Assembly: GCA_965224465.1 (NCBI GenBank)
Contig: OZ245049.1
Location: 5,190,001 to 5,222,000, forward strand
Reading direction: 5' to 3'
DNA length: 32,000 nt
DNA from: Flavobacteriaceae bacterium
Lineage (GTDB): Bacteria; Bacteroidota; Bacteroidia; Flavobacteriales; Flavobacteriaceae
In this document: positions 1 through 9,008 of the stretch, piece by piece
How positions within the stretch are numbered: the first letter of the stretch is position 1
Layout: the number at the start of each line of letters is the position of its first letter
Translations under genes and position numbers: made by a program
The notes under the pieces: model-generated
What the model was told of the DNA's origin: nothing
What the model saw: the letters and a program-made list of their open reading frames with translations, nothing else
Databases searched by the model: none

Positions 1-1323
1 AATTTGGATGAATTATTACCACATATAAATGGTCCTTTTTCTCCTGATGTAGCTACAGAAGTAGGAGGAATGCATGCAAAAGCTACTAAAAATGGATGGC
101 CATTGGATGTAGAATGGGGATTGATAGGTTCTTGTACAAATTCATCATACGAAGATTTGTCTAGAGCTGCATCTATAGCAAAACAAGCCGTTGATAAAGG
201 CTTGGTTTCAAAAGCAGATTTCGGAATTAATCCAGGTTCTGAACAAGTACGCTATACTGCCGAACGTGATGGATTGATACAAATATTTGAAGATTTAAAT
301 GCCAAGATATTCACCAATGCATGCGGTCCATGTATCGGGCAATGGGCACGATATAGTGACCCTAAAAATGCACCTAAAAATTCTATAATTCATTCTTTTA
401 ACCGTAATTTCAGTAAAAGAGCTGATGGTAATCCTAATACCCATGCCTTTGTAGCTTCTCCTGAAATGGTTGCTGCTGTTGCTATTTCTGGTCGTTTGGA
501 TTTTAATCCAATAACAGATACTTTGACAAATAAAAATGGAGAAGAAGTTAAATTTGATGAACCAACTGGTTTTGAATTACCACCACTAGGGTTTGAAGTA
601 AAGGATTCTGGATTTGTAGCTCCTATGAAAGATGGTAGCGGAATCGTTATCAGTGTTTCTGATACTTCTGAAAGATTGCAATTACTGATCCCATTTACAC
701 CATTAGGGAGTGATATTTCGGGAGCTAAGCTATTGATAAAAGCTAAAGGTAAATGTACAACGGATCATATTTCAATGGCGGGACCTTGGTTAAAATACAG
801 AGGGCATTTGGATAATATTTCTAACAATTGTTTGATTGGTGCAGTGAATTTCTTTAATGAGAAAACCGATACAATTAAAAATCAATTGACAGGTGAGTAT
901 GGTGCAGTGCCTGCTACGGCAAGAGCCTATAAAGCCGCAGGGTTAAAATCATTAGTTTTTGGAGAGCATAACTACGGGGAAGGATCTTCTCGTGAACATG
1001 CCGCTATGGAGCCTCGTCATTTAGGGGTAGCAGCTGTTATTGTGAAATCATTTGCGCGTATTCATGAGACAAATTTGAAGAAACAAGGAATGTTAGGGTT
1101 GACGTTTTCAAATGAAGCAGATTATGACTTGATTCAGGAAAATGATACTTTTAGTTTTACAGATTTAGACGTGTTTAAACCAGGGAAACAATTAGCGTTG
1201 GAAATTACACACGATGATGGAACCAAAGATTTAATCAAACTAAATCATACATATAATGCGGGTCAAATAGATTGGTATAATGAGGGTTCTGCTTTAAATT
1301 TGATTAAAAAAGAGAACGTTTAA
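1..1323 (+). CDS. aconitate hydratase, C-terminal ~440 aa (5' end lies outside the window)
   Basis: Frame 1 is open from base 1; the track ORF 4..1323 begins on an internal TTG. Aconitase-family Fe-S ligand motifs are present ([22 protein letters not shown]), plus SFNRNF..R and [11 protein letters not shown] hairpin+T-run terminator follows. Confidence 0.93.
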   Translation, partial: NLDELLPHINGPFSPDVATEVGGMHAKATKNGWPLDVEWGLIGSCTNSSYEDLSRAASIAKQAVDKGLVSKADFGINPGSEQVRYTAERDGLIQIFEDLNAKIFTNACGPCIGQWARYSDPKNAPKNSIIHSFNRNFSKRADGNPNTHAFVASPEMVAAVAISGRLDFNPITDTLTNKNGEEVKFDEPTGFELPPLGFEVKDSGFVAPMKDGSGIVISVSDTSERLQLLIPFTPLGSDISGAKLLIKAKGKCTTDHISMAGPWLKYRGHLDNISNNCLIGAVNFFNEKTDTIKNQLTGEYGAVPATARAYKAAGLKSLVFGEHNYGEGSSREHAAMEPRHLGVAAVIVKSFARIHETNLKKQGMLGLTFSNEADYDLIQENDTFSFTDLDVFKPGKQLALEITHDDGTKDLIKLNHTYNAGQIDWYNEGSALNLIKKENV

Positions 1324-1352
1324 GATATTAGAGATTAAGATATTATTTTTTT

Positions 1353-1387
1353 AAAAAAACTTGTAGCATTCGCTACAAGTTTTTTTT
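1353..1387 (+). terminator. intrinsic terminator after the aconitase gene
   Basis: cttgtagc (1360-1367) pairs with gctacaag (1372-1379), loop attc. An A-run precedes it and a T8 run follows (1380-1387). Confidence 0.8.
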
Positions 1388-1442
1388 GTATATTTAAATC
1401 GTAAAGCTGTTAGATTTAAGTTTTTTTAAAAAATATATTACA

Positions 1443-2114
1443 ATGCGACATTTCTGGATTCTTGAAAATGTAAACTTATTTAAAATTTTGTGTCCCCATA
1501 AATTTTCGGATTATAAGGATTGCCATGTTTTTGATCGTTATAAAAAGGATGATTATGTCTATTTTTCAGAGGACCTGTCCAATAAAGTGTATTTGATAGA
1601 AAAAGGAAAGGTTAAGATAGGCTATTATACAGAAGCGGGTAGTGAGGTTATAAAATGTATCCTTTCTAAAGGTGAGCTGTTTGGTGAAAAAGCTATATTG
1701 GGAGAAGAAGCACGAAATGAATTTGCGCAATCAATTGATACTAAAACTACCATTTGCCCTATTGAGGTTTCTGTATTACATGATTTAATGAAAGAAAATC
1801 AAACATTTACATTGAAAATATATAAGTTTTTAAATTTTAGATTCAAAAAATTAGAGCGTAGGTTAGAAGTTTTACTGTTTAAAGATGCAAGGGATCGTGT
1901 GTTGGATTTTTTATTAGAATTGGCAGAAGAATATGGTGATTGCTGTCCTGATACAGGAAATACAATAATTAAACATCCGTATTCTCAAAAAAATATTGCC
2001 AATTTGTTGGGAACATCAAGGCCTACATTAAATATTATTTTGAATGATTTGAAAGCGGAAAATATATTGACGTATAAAGGGAAAAATATTATATTGTTCC
2101 CTCAGTTTTTTTAA
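1443..2114 (+). CDS. Crp/Fnr-family transcriptional regulator (cNMP-binding domain + C-terminal HTH)
   Basis: 223 aa with an ATG start. It has a beta-roll effector domain (GELFGEKAILGEE) and a C-terminal HTH (NIANLLGTSRPTLNIILNDLKAENIL), with size typical of the family. Confidence 0.85.
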   Translation: MRHFWILENVNLFKILCPHKFSDYKDCHVFDRYKKDDYVYFSEDLSNKVYLIEKGKVKIGYYTEAGSEVIKCILSKGELFGEKAILGEEARNEFAQSIDTKTTICPIEVSVLHDLMKENQTFTLKIYKFLNFRFKKLERRLEVLLFKDARDRVLDFLLELAEEYGDCCPDTGNTIIKHPYSQKNIANLLGTSRPTLNIILNDLKAENILTYKGKNIILFPQFF

Positions 2115-2196
2115 TAAATTGTGATGACTAGTACCTTTCAACGTACTAGCTACTCTTTGCGATACCGGTGTATTTACTTTACATCCCTTATTGAGG

Positions 2197-2219
2197 GTTT
2201 AATCCCACCAGTGGGTTTA
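2197..2219. repeat. 23-nt imperfect-palindrome motif gtttaatcccaccagtgggttta, copy 1 (abuts the 5' end of repeat copy A)
   Basis: Exact 23-nt identity with 4096-4118. The arms ttaatcccac / gtgggtttaa are near reverse complements. Confidence 0.85.
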
Positions 2220-2377
2220 TACCAAATACATTTCCAAGTGACGGTTTAGAAATGGAATTATTTTTTGTTTTAGTTAGGTAAAAAATGGAGGGATAGCTTT
2301 AGATATCGTTCTGTTTTTTAACAACACTAGAACGTAAAACAAACTGTTTTTATCGGTAATTTTGGATTGTAATAGGT
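2219..2377 (+). repeat. ~160-nt TIR-bounded structured intergenic repeat, full copy A (MITE-like / candidate ncRNA)
   Basis: Aligns end to end with copies D, E and F. It starts ataccaaatacatttccaagtgacgg and ends ...cggtaattttggattgtaataggt. It shares the exact block ttccaagtgacggtttagaaatggaattat with D and gttctgttttttaacaac with E. Confidence 0.9.
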
Positions 2378-2380
2378 CCC

Positions 2381-2409
2381 ACCTACAAGTGTAGGTACAG
2401 CTTTTTTTT
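2381..2409 (+). terminator. possible weak terminator just after repeat copy A
   Basis: acctac (2381-2386) pairs with gtaggt (2391-2396), loop aagt. A T8 run (2402-2409) begins 5 nt after the stem, which is short. Confidence 0.4.
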
Positions 2410-2413
2410 AAAG

Positions 2414-2429
2414 TGTTAGCTAGCTAACA
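2414..2429. promoter_or_regulatory. perfect 16-bp palindrome TGTTAGCTAGCTAACA, candidate Crp/Fnr-type operator
   Basis: The sequence is its own exact reverse complement. The TGTTA-N6-TAACA geometry matches CRP-type 5-6-5 sites. It lies 21 nt upstream of a -7 box and next to a Crp/Fnr-family gene. Confidence 0.45.
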
Positions 2430-2450
2430 TTTTAAATTGTTTTTTAGAAA

Positions 2451-2458
2451 TATCTTTG
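2451..2458 (+). promoter_or_regulatory. Bacteroidetes-type -7 promoter box (TAtcTTTG) for the lipoprotein gene
   Basis: Exact match to TAnnTTTG, 29 nt upstream of the ATG at 2487. Confidence 0.4.
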
Positions 2459-2486
2459 AGAGCTATTAATCGGTAAACTATATATT

Positions 2487-3359
2487 ATGAAAAAACTTAT
2501 TTTTTTAGCCTTGATTGTTATAGGCTTTATTTCTTGCGATAAAGAAGATGAAGAAAATTCTACAAAAGATTTATATTTAAACATTAAAGGACTCCAAGAT
2601 TTAGGAAGTGATTACGTGTATGAAGGATGGATTATCGTCAACAACGCTGCCAAGACAACAGGACGCTTTGTTGTAGATGATAAAGGTAAATTAAATACAT
2701 CTACTTTTACTTTAGATAAAAATGATTTAGAAATTGCGACATCTTTTATTCTAACCATAGAACCTGCAACAGGTGATGATCCTGCCCCAAGTAAAGTCCA
2801 TATATTGGCAGGTGAATTTTCTGGAAATGCTGGAAATCTTACTATTTCTCATAAAAAGGCTCTAGGAAATGATTTTTCTACAGCTGCTGGGAAATATATT
2901 TTAGGAACTCCTACAGATGGATCTATGAATAATGAAAAAAGTGGTATATGGTTTGTATCTCTTGAATCTGCACCAACTTCTCCTGGATTAACTTTACCTG
3001 CCTTACCTGATGGATGGATATACGAAGGATGGGTGGTTATTAATGGAATTCCTGTAACTACGGGGACATTTTCTAAGAGTACAGGAGCTGATTCTTTTAG
3101 TGGATTTAGTGGTGTATTGAATAATGGGCCCGCATTTCCTGGTGAAGATTTTATAATGAATGCACCAACAGGACTTACATTTCCAACAAATATTCAAGGA
3201 GGAAAAGTTGTTATTTCAATAGAACCTGTCCCTGATAATAACGCGGCACCATTTTTATTAAAACCCTTGGTAGGTGATATTCCTATGGACGCTTTAGATC
3301 ACACGACCTACGCTATTTCAAAGAATTTAAATTTTCCTACAGGAACATTTACTCGTTAA
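2487..3359 (+). CDS. lipoprotein with two tandem RskA-C-like (anti-sigma-K C-terminal-like) domains
   Basis: Signal peptide plus lipobox (LIVIGFISC). The two halves share YEGW[IV][IV][IV]N...TTG[RT]F and [TS]IEP...APS/APF motifs. The domain assignment is from memory of the family pattern. Confidence 0.6.
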   Translation: MKKLIFLALIVIGFISCDKEDEENSTKDLYLNIKGLQDLGSDYVYEGWIIVNNAAKTTGRFVVDDKGKLNTSTFTLDKNDLEIATSFILTIEPATGDDPAPSKVHILAGEFSGNAGNLTISHKKALGNDFSTAAGKYILGTPTDGSMNNEKSGIWFVSLESAPTSPGLTLPALPDGWIYEGWVVINGIPVTTGTFSKSTGADSFSGFSGVLNNGPAFPGEDFIMNAPTGLTFPTNIQGGKVVISIEPVPDNNAAPFLLKPLVGDIPMDALDHTTYAISKNLNFPTGTFTR

Positions 3360-3381
3360 TAAGAAGGAAATAGTTTGTAAC

Positions 3382-3419
3382 AAAAGCATCGTTATTATTG
3401 GCGATGCTTTTGTATTTTT
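3382..3419 (+). terminator. intrinsic terminator after the lipoprotein gene
   Basis: 10-bp perfect stem: aaaagcatcg (3382-3391) with cgatgctttt (3402-3411), followed by a T-rich tail. Confidence 0.8.
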
Positions 3420-3436
3420 ACACTCAAATAAAAGCA

Positions 3437-3982
3437 ATGAAATTTACTAAAAAACATTTTTTTAACCTTCTTTGGATACTTGTATTTGCCATTGTTTTAA
3501 TTCCTAGTTCTAGGGCTTGGCTGTTAAAACAACTCAGTTTTTCACCTTCCATTGAAAAAAAAACAGACCGAATAGCATTGTCTACCTATAAGTGGCAATT
3601 AAAAGGAATACATACCGAGGATGTGAATTTTGAAAACTTCAAGAATAAGGTTGTATTTGTTAATTTTTGGGCGACATGGTGTCCTGGATGCGTTGCTGAA
3701 AAACCAAGCATTCAAGCATTGTATAATGATTATAAGGATCAAGTGGTATTTGTCACAGTTAGTAATGAAACGGAAGATAAAATAACGGACTATTTCAAGA
3801 AGAAGGGGTTTAATTTACCTGTTTATAATTTAATAACACGTGCGCCAAAAGAACTCGAGACCGAAAGTATTCCTAGAACATTTGTGATTGATAAAAAAGG
3901 GATGATTGTAATAAATTCAGGAAGGGCAAATTGGAATGCGGATTCGATTCGGAAGTTTTTAGACGATTTGATTGCAGAATAA
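3437..3982 (+). CDS. TlpA-like thiol:disulfide oxidoreductase (thioredoxin fold, membrane anchored)
   Basis: WATWCPGC active-site motif and an N-terminal TM anchor (FFNLLWILVFAIVLIP). I moved the start to the ATG at 3437, because the track start at 3398 is a TTG lying inside the upstream terminator. Confidence 0.85.
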   Translation: MKFTKKHFFNLLWILVFAIVLIPSSRAWLLKQLSFSPSIEKKTDRIALSTYKWQLKGIHTEDVNFENFKNKVVFVNFWATWCPGCVAEKPSIQALYNDYKDQVVFVTVSNETEDKITDYFKKKGFNLPVYNLITRAPKELETESIPRTFVIDKKGMIVINSGRANWNADSIRKFLDDLIAE

Positions 3983-4095
3983 TCGACGCTATTCAAAATA
4001 AATAGCGAATAACTTTACAATGTATTGCTCAGCGTACAGCGTTTCTTTTTTACTAATTTTTTATAACGTAGGTGCATTCACGTGTTTAGATACGT

Positions 4096-4118
4096 GTTTA
4101 ATCCCACCAGTGGGTTTA
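4096..4118. repeat. 23-nt imperfect-palindrome motif gtttaatcccaccagtgggttta, copy 2
   Basis: Exact 23-nt identity with 2197-2219. It lies in the convergent spacer between the tlpA-like and aminotransferase genes. Confidence 0.85.
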
Positions 4119-4227
4119 ATTCCCCGATGCTTGCATCGAAATGATGAAGGTTTTTTCTTTTTCATGCCTCGTGGGCTCGCCTCGAGCTTATTGACTTTTA
4201 ACAAATCAATGCTGAACGATCTAAATA

Positions 4228-5412
4228 TTACTTCAATTTTAAACTGTGAATTACCGAAAGAATTATTCCACATCCCTTTTCTATTTCTTGCATGCTTATG
4301 TTTAAAGGAGGGGTAATGCGAACAGCAGCGCCTTCAAAAAGAAGCCAAAAGAGGAACAAGCCTTCTTTCATAGATTTTAAGATGACTTGAGTGGCAATTT
4401 CGGGACTTTTAAATATAGGAGCGAGCATTAATCCTTGTCCTCGTATTTCTAAGATGGAAGGATGTTGCAATAGTTTTCTAATTAATTGCTCTTTTTTATC
4501 AATCTGTTCCATCAATTGCTCGTTGTACAAACTCTCCAATGTAGCCAATGCAGCTGCAGCAATTACCGGATGACCTCCAAAAGTAGTGATATGCCCTAAT
4601 TTGGGTGCAGTTTTTAGTAAACTCATCAATTTGTTGGAGGCAATAAATGCGCCAATCGGCATGCCACCTCCCAATCCTTTACCTGCAATTACAATATCTG
4701 GAACAATGTTGTAATGTTCAAATCCAAACAGCTTTCCTGTACGTCCAATGCCTGTTTGAATTTCATCTAAAATAAGTAAAGCACCAACCTGCTTACACCG
4801 AGCGCTTACTTTTTTTAAATAGTCATGCTTAGGAATAATAAATCCAGCACCTCCTTGAATGGTTTCTAGAATAACTGCTGCGGTATTGGTGGTTATTTTT
4901 TTTAATTCGTTTTCTGCATTGAAGCTAATAAATTTTATTCCTGGAATTAAGGGTCTAAATGCACGGTTTTGTTCTTCGGATCCACAGACACTCATAGCTC
5001 CTTGAGTATTTCCGTGATAAGAGTTGTGTGCGGCTATAATTTCATATCTTCCAGTAGCGCGTTTGGCTAATTTTAAGGCGCCTTCTGTTGCTTCTGTCCC
5101 CGAATTAGTCAGGTATGTGGTGTCTAGTGGAGCAGGGGAGTGCTCAGCTATAAATCGCGCTAATTTTACGGCAGGTTCCTGTACGAATTCTCCATACACC
5201 ATAACGTGCGTATATTTTGAAACTTGTGTAGTAATCGCAGCGCTTATTGCAGCATGGTTATGTCCCAACGTGTTTGCAGACACGCCTGCTATAAAGTCTA
5301 AATATGGTTTTTTGTCTGTATCATACACATAAGATCCCTTTGCATGGCTTATTTCCAAAGCCAATGGATGTTCGGATGTTTGTGCTTGGTATTTTAGGAA
5401 ATCTGCTTTCAA
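4228..5412 (-). CDS. class-III PLP-dependent aminotransferase (acetylornithine/ornithine aminotransferase-like)
   Basis: Motifs LTNSGTEATEGALKLA, LILDEIQTGIGRTGK and the PLP-lysine region IAGKGLGGG. The start is an apparent TTG one nt after the upstream gene's stop. Confidence 0.88.
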   Translation of the reverse strand: MKADFLKYQAQTSEHPLALEISHAKGSYVYDTDKKPYLDFIAGVSANTLGHNHAAISAAITTQVSKYTHVMVYGEFVQEPAVKLARFIAEHSPAPLDTTYLTNSGTEATEGALKLAKRATGRYEIIAAHNSYHGNTQGAMSVCGSEEQNRAFRPLIPGIKFISFNAENELKKITTNTAAVILETIQGGAGFIIPKHDYLKKVSARCKQVGALLILDEIQTGIGRTGKLFGFEHYNIVPDIVIAGKGLGGGMPIGAFIASNKLMSLLKTAPKLGHITTFGGHPVIAAAALATLESLYNEQLMEQIDKKEQLIRKLLQHPSILEIRGQGLMLAPIFKSPEIATQVILKSMKEGLFLFWLLFEGAAVRITPPLNISMQEIEKGCGIILSVIHSLKLK

Positions 5413-5413
5413 T

Positions 5414-7066
5414 TTAATTTCTTTTTTTGAATCCCTTTTCTTTGATTCTGTTTGCTTTTTTCTGTGGGACTATATTTTTTTTTGTTGATACGTTGGAGGT
5501 TTTCTTAGGCAAAGCGATACGTACTTTTTTCTTTTTAAGTGTTGATGTTTTTAGGATTTTCTCTGGGGTATCATGAATAAATATATCTTCAATTTTTAGA
5601 GGTTGTTCATCTCCTCTCCATAAAAAACCTTTGATGGTTTTTTTTTCTTTTGGAAAATCTTCTACAGGATACGTATCTCCTTTTGCACTTCTAAAATGAG
5701 TAATATAGAGCACTTTTTTGTTTTTCATTTCTATTTCTATTCTACTGCTTCTCAATGTAGAAATTGCGAGTAGCTCATGTGCTTCATTTCTGTTATATGT
5801 GACTACTTGGCAATTTCCTATTACATGTAAATTTCGTAAATCATTATCTATAAACTTACCTAGCATGCGTTTTCCTGCCATTTGATTATAGCCAACAGAA
5901 TCCTTCTGTATCATAAAGGCATTTCTCAATATTTTTAATGAATCCAGTTTTTCTGTTTTTGGATTGGATAATAATTGAATGGTGTCACCACTAATTTGAT
6001 TTCCTTGAGCCCATATTACGGGAGATTTAAATAATTGTGTAAGCCCAGATTTCTGATCTACATGCATGGAGTCACATTTTCCACTCATATCATTTTTAAA
6101 AAATTTAACATGTGTAAAGGCACGTAATACACGGTGCGCTGGTTTTCCTGTAATCATTAGTTTTTTTCCATGAACATACATAGAATCTTTACCTACAAGA
6201 GAAATAGCAACGGCGCGTTTGGTAATAAAAAGAGAATCTTTAAAACGATATAATTCGGCATAACCACCTTTGACAACCGATTTGTTGATGCTGTCTGTTA
6301 TTTTTATATTTCCAGTAAGTGAGGAGAATTCTTTTGGTTGATTGTAGTAGATGCTATCGCCTTGAATAATTCTATTTTTAAAGTAGATTTTAGAGTTTTT
6401 TAAAAGATGTGAAATATTGGTTTTTGAGTTAAAGTCTCCTCTTTCTGTATATATCTTTGTGCTGTCTTTCTTATGGATGATTGTAGAGGGACCTTTAATA
6501 TTTACCATTCCAGTTTCGGTAAAATACTCCAACCTGTCAGATACAAGATCATTCTCTTCGTTATACACGTTTACATGGGAATTGGCTACAAATCTGTTTT
6601 CTTTCAAATAGTATGTTCCTTTATTGCTTTTAAGGGTGTTGGTTGTGTCTATAATGATGCCTTTGGTGGGGTAGTACAATTTTTGTGCAGTTCTGTCAAA
6701 ATATAAAGTATCTGTTTTTAAAGTGATGAATTGATTTTTTAAAATCACGTTTCCATAAGATTTTACCAGTTTTGTATTTCCGAAATATTCAATAAACTGA
6801 CTGGTTTGTGTTATGGTATCACCTTGATTAAAGACAACATCACCCATCGCTTTAAGCTTGTTTTCTGCTGCGTATCGTATGACCATCTTACAACGCATTG
6901 TCGCCCCTTCGTGTTCTAGAAATACATTGCCAAAAGAAATAATAGCTCCGGGGTATTTTTCTTCATTGCTAAACGTATCGTCTGCACTTAAAATTTTTAT
7001 TTTTGGTGTTTGCGATTGTACTTGTGTTAACATAAGTACACAGAATAATAGGAGTAATTGCTTCAA
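5414..7066 (-). CDS. secreted OstA/LptA-like beta-jellyroll repeat protein with a lysine-rich C-terminal tail
   Basis: Signal peptide (KQLLLLFCVLMLTQVQSQ) and repeated GNV/GDV...L..D.L.Y strand motifs as in OstA_N/LptA domains. A TTG start is inferred because it preserves the signal peptide. Confidence 0.6.
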   Translation of the reverse strand: MKQLLLLFCVLMLTQVQSQTPKIKILSADDTFSNEEKYPGAIISFGNVFLEHEGATMRCKMVIRYAAENKLKAMGDVVFNQGDTITQTSQFIEYFGNTKLVKSYGNVILKNQFITLKTDTLYFDRTAQKLYYPTKGIIIDTTNTLKSNKGTYYLKENRFVANSHVNVYNEENDLVSDRLEYFTETGMVNIKGPSTIIHKKDSTKIYTERGDFNSKTNISHLLKNSKIYFKNRIIQGDSIYYNQPKEFSSLTGNIKITDSINKSVVKGGYAELYRFKDSLFITKRAVAISLVGKDSMYVHGKKLMITGKPAHRVLRAFTHVKFFKNDMSGKCDSMHVDQKSGLTQLFKSPVIWAQGNQISGDTIQLLSNPKTEKLDSLKILRNAFMIQKDSVGYNQMAGKRMLGKFIDNDLRNLHVIGNCQVVTYNRNEAHELLAISTLRSSRIEIEMKNKKVLYITHFRSAKGDTYPVEDFPKEKKTIKGFLWRGDEQPLKIEDIFIHDTPEKILKTSTLKKKKVRIALPKKTSNVSTKKNIVPQKKANRIKEKGFKKRN

Positions 7067-7132
7067 GTTTTTTAATTTGTGGTAAAAATAACCAATTTGT
7101 AAAGAACCAGTATTAAAGTTCTGTTAGAATAT

Positions 7133-7168
7133 AAAAAAACCTGTAGATTTTTCAATCTACAGGTTTTT
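7133..7168 (-). terminator. intrinsic terminator after purA (palindromic, usable in both directions)
   Basis: cctgtagat (7140-7148) pairs with atctacagg (7155-7163). An A7 run lies on one side and a T5 run on the other. Confidence 0.8.
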
Positions 7169-7187
7169 ATTATGTATTTCAATCAGT

Positions 7188-8459
7188 TTATCTGTTGATG
7201 GTTTGTTTTCTGTCTGGACCTACAGATACAATAGTAATAGGTACATTTACAAAATCCTCGATGTATTTGATATAATCGTTCAATTCTTTTGGTAAGGTAC
7301 TCTTAGAGTCCATTTCTGTCAAATCTTCTTTCCAACATGGAACAGTTTCGTAAATAGGTGTTACGTTGTGTTCTTCAATATTGTATGGGAAATGTGAAAT
7401 TTCTTCTCCTTTATAATTGTATTTAGTACATACTTCTAAGGTGTCAAAACCAGACAATACATCTGCTTTCATCATCATTAATTGAGTTACACCATTTATT
7501 TGAACAGCGTATTTAAGTGCTACTAAATCCAACCATCCACATCTACGTGGTCGTCCAGTTGTTGCACCAAACTCATGCCCAACTTTAGCCATTTCTTCTC
7601 CGTTTTTGTCAAATAATTCGGTAGGGAATGGTCCTGATCCAACGCGTGTTACGTAAGCTTTGAATATTCCAAATACTTCGCCAATTTGATTTGGAGCAAC
7701 ACCCAATCCTGTACAAGCACCTGCGGCGGTTGTGGTGGAAGATGTTACAAAGGGATACGTTCCAAAGTCAATATCCAATAAAGATCCTTGAGCACCTTCG
7801 GCTAAAATTGTTTTCCCTGCTTTTAATGCTTGATGGAAATACTCTTCACTATCTATAAAACGCAATGTTCTTAATGTTTCAATAGCATTAAAAAATTCAG
7901 TTTCCAATTCGTTTAAATCAAATTCTAACTGAGAATCATAATGGCTTAACATTTTTAAATGTTTATTGGCTAGAGCTCTGTAAATTTCTTTCCAGTTGCT
8001 CATTTCCAAATCACCAATACGCATTCCGTTTCTACCAGTTTTGTCCATATAAGTGGGACTAATACCTTTTAATGTAGAACCAATCTTAGCTTTTCCTTTT
8101 GCTGCTTCACTAGCGGCATCTAATAATCGGTGGGTAGGTAGGATTAAATGTGCTTTGCGAGATATCAATAATCTAGTAGGGAAATCTATATTATATGCAG
8201 ATAAATTATCCAATTCTTTTTTGAAGATTACAGGGTCTATCACGACACCATTTCCTACAATATTGATAGAGTTTTTGCGAAAAATTCCTGAAGGAATCGT
8301 ATGCAATACATGTTTTTGACCATCAAAAATTAAGGTGTGTCCCGCGTTTGGTCCTCCTTGAAAACGAGCAATAATGTCGTAATCAGTGGTTAAAACATCT
8401 ACGATTTTTCCTTTTCCTTCATCGCCCCATTGTAGCCCTAGTAATAAATTTACAGCCAT
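7188..8459 (-). CDS. purA: adenylosuccinate synthase
   Basis: 423 aa. N-terminal GLQWGDEGKGKIVD P-loop, GGPNAGHT, and the TTGRPRRCGWLD motif. Confidence 0.96.
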   Translation of the reverse strand: MAVNLLLGLQWGDEGKGKIVDVLTTDYDIIARFQGGPNAGHTLIFDGQKHVLHTIPSGIFRKNSINIVGNGVVIDPVIFKKELDNLSAYNIDFPTRLLISRKAHLILPTHRLLDAASEAAKGKAKIGSTLKGISPTYMDKTGRNGMRIGDLEMSNWKEIYRALANKHLKMLSHYDSQLEFDLNELETEFFNAIETLRTLRFIDSEEYFHQALKAGKTILAEGAQGSLLDIDFGTYPFVTSSTTTAAGACTGLGVAPNQIGEVFGIFKAYVTRVGSGPFPTELFDKNGEEMAKVGHEFGATTGRPRRCGWLDLVALKYAVQINGVTQLMMMKADVLSGFDTLEVCTKYNYKGEEISHFPYNIEEHNVTPIYETVPCWKEDLTEMDSKSTLPKELNDYIKYIEDFVNVPITIVSVGPDRKQTINR

Positions 8460-8484
8460 TTTAATGTATTAATTATGTTGTTGT

Positions 8485-8925
8485 TTAATTATTCTTTTTT
8501 TTTGTTCCGTAGAAATAGAGAGAGTGATTGTGGATTTCGATGCCAAATTCTTCTTCAATCGTTTTTTTGATTGTTTGAATTCGTGGATCGCAGAATTCCA
8601 TAACTTCTCCTGTATCTGTGATGATGACATGATCGTGTTGTCTGTCAAAATAACTTTTCTCGTAATGTGCTTGAGATTGACCAAATTGATGTTTTCGTAC
8701 CAAACCAGCGTCTAATAAGAGTTCTATCGTATTGTACAAAGTAGCTCTACTTACACGATAGTTTTTGTTTTTCATTTGAATATATAGTGATTCAATGTCA
8801 AAATGATCTAACAACGCATATACCTCCTGCAATATAGCAAAACGTTCAGGCGTTTTTCTATGATTGTTTTTTTCTAAAAAGTTGATGAACACCTTTTTAA
8901 CAATTTTTTGATTGTCGCTACTCAT
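8485..8925 (-). CDS. Fur-family transcriptional regulator
   Basis: 146 aa. Winged-helix region ([21 protein letters not shown]) and an HDH metal-site motif (QHDHVI). It is probably co-transcribed with purA, with a 25-nt gap. Confidence 0.85.
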   Translation of the reverse strand: MSSDNQKIVKKVFINFLEKNNHRKTPERFAILQEVYALLDHFDIESLYIQMKNKNYRVSRATLYNTIELLLDAGLVRKHQFGQSQAHYEKSYFDRQHDHVIITDTGEVMEFCDPRIQTIKKTIEEEFGIEIHNHSLYFYGTKKKNN

Positions 8926-9008
8926 ACTGTATATTTTTTACGAAATTAAATCATTTTTATTTAGATTTACTAGAAAATGATATAAATTATTATCGAATTT
9001 CGTCTCCA

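Noticed and set aside
2252-2281. Short ORF inside the repeat element starting at the conserved atggaatta (MELFFVL...).
   Set aside because: The reading frame ends at a different place in every copy: 9 aa in A, 10 aa in D, 14 aa in F, 24 aa in E, and interrupted in B. There is no conserved stop or length, so the conservation is nucleotide- or structure-level rather than coding.
4020-4316. ORFs 4020..4316 (+) and 4061..4273 (-) in the convergent spacer after the tlpA-like gene.
   Set aside because: They overlap each other, the 23-nt palindromic motif and the 3' end of the aminotransferase gene. The translations are Cys/Phe/Leu-rich with no motif, so they are likely non-coding spacer.
8976-8994. 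AT-rich dyad aatgatataaattattatc upstream of the fur-family gene, resembling a Fur box (GATAATGATAATCATTATC).
   Set aside because: Only the half-site-like pieces aatgata and attatc match. The spacing is 3 nt too long for the canonical 19-bp box, and such strings are common in AT-rich spacers. It is not strong enough to call.
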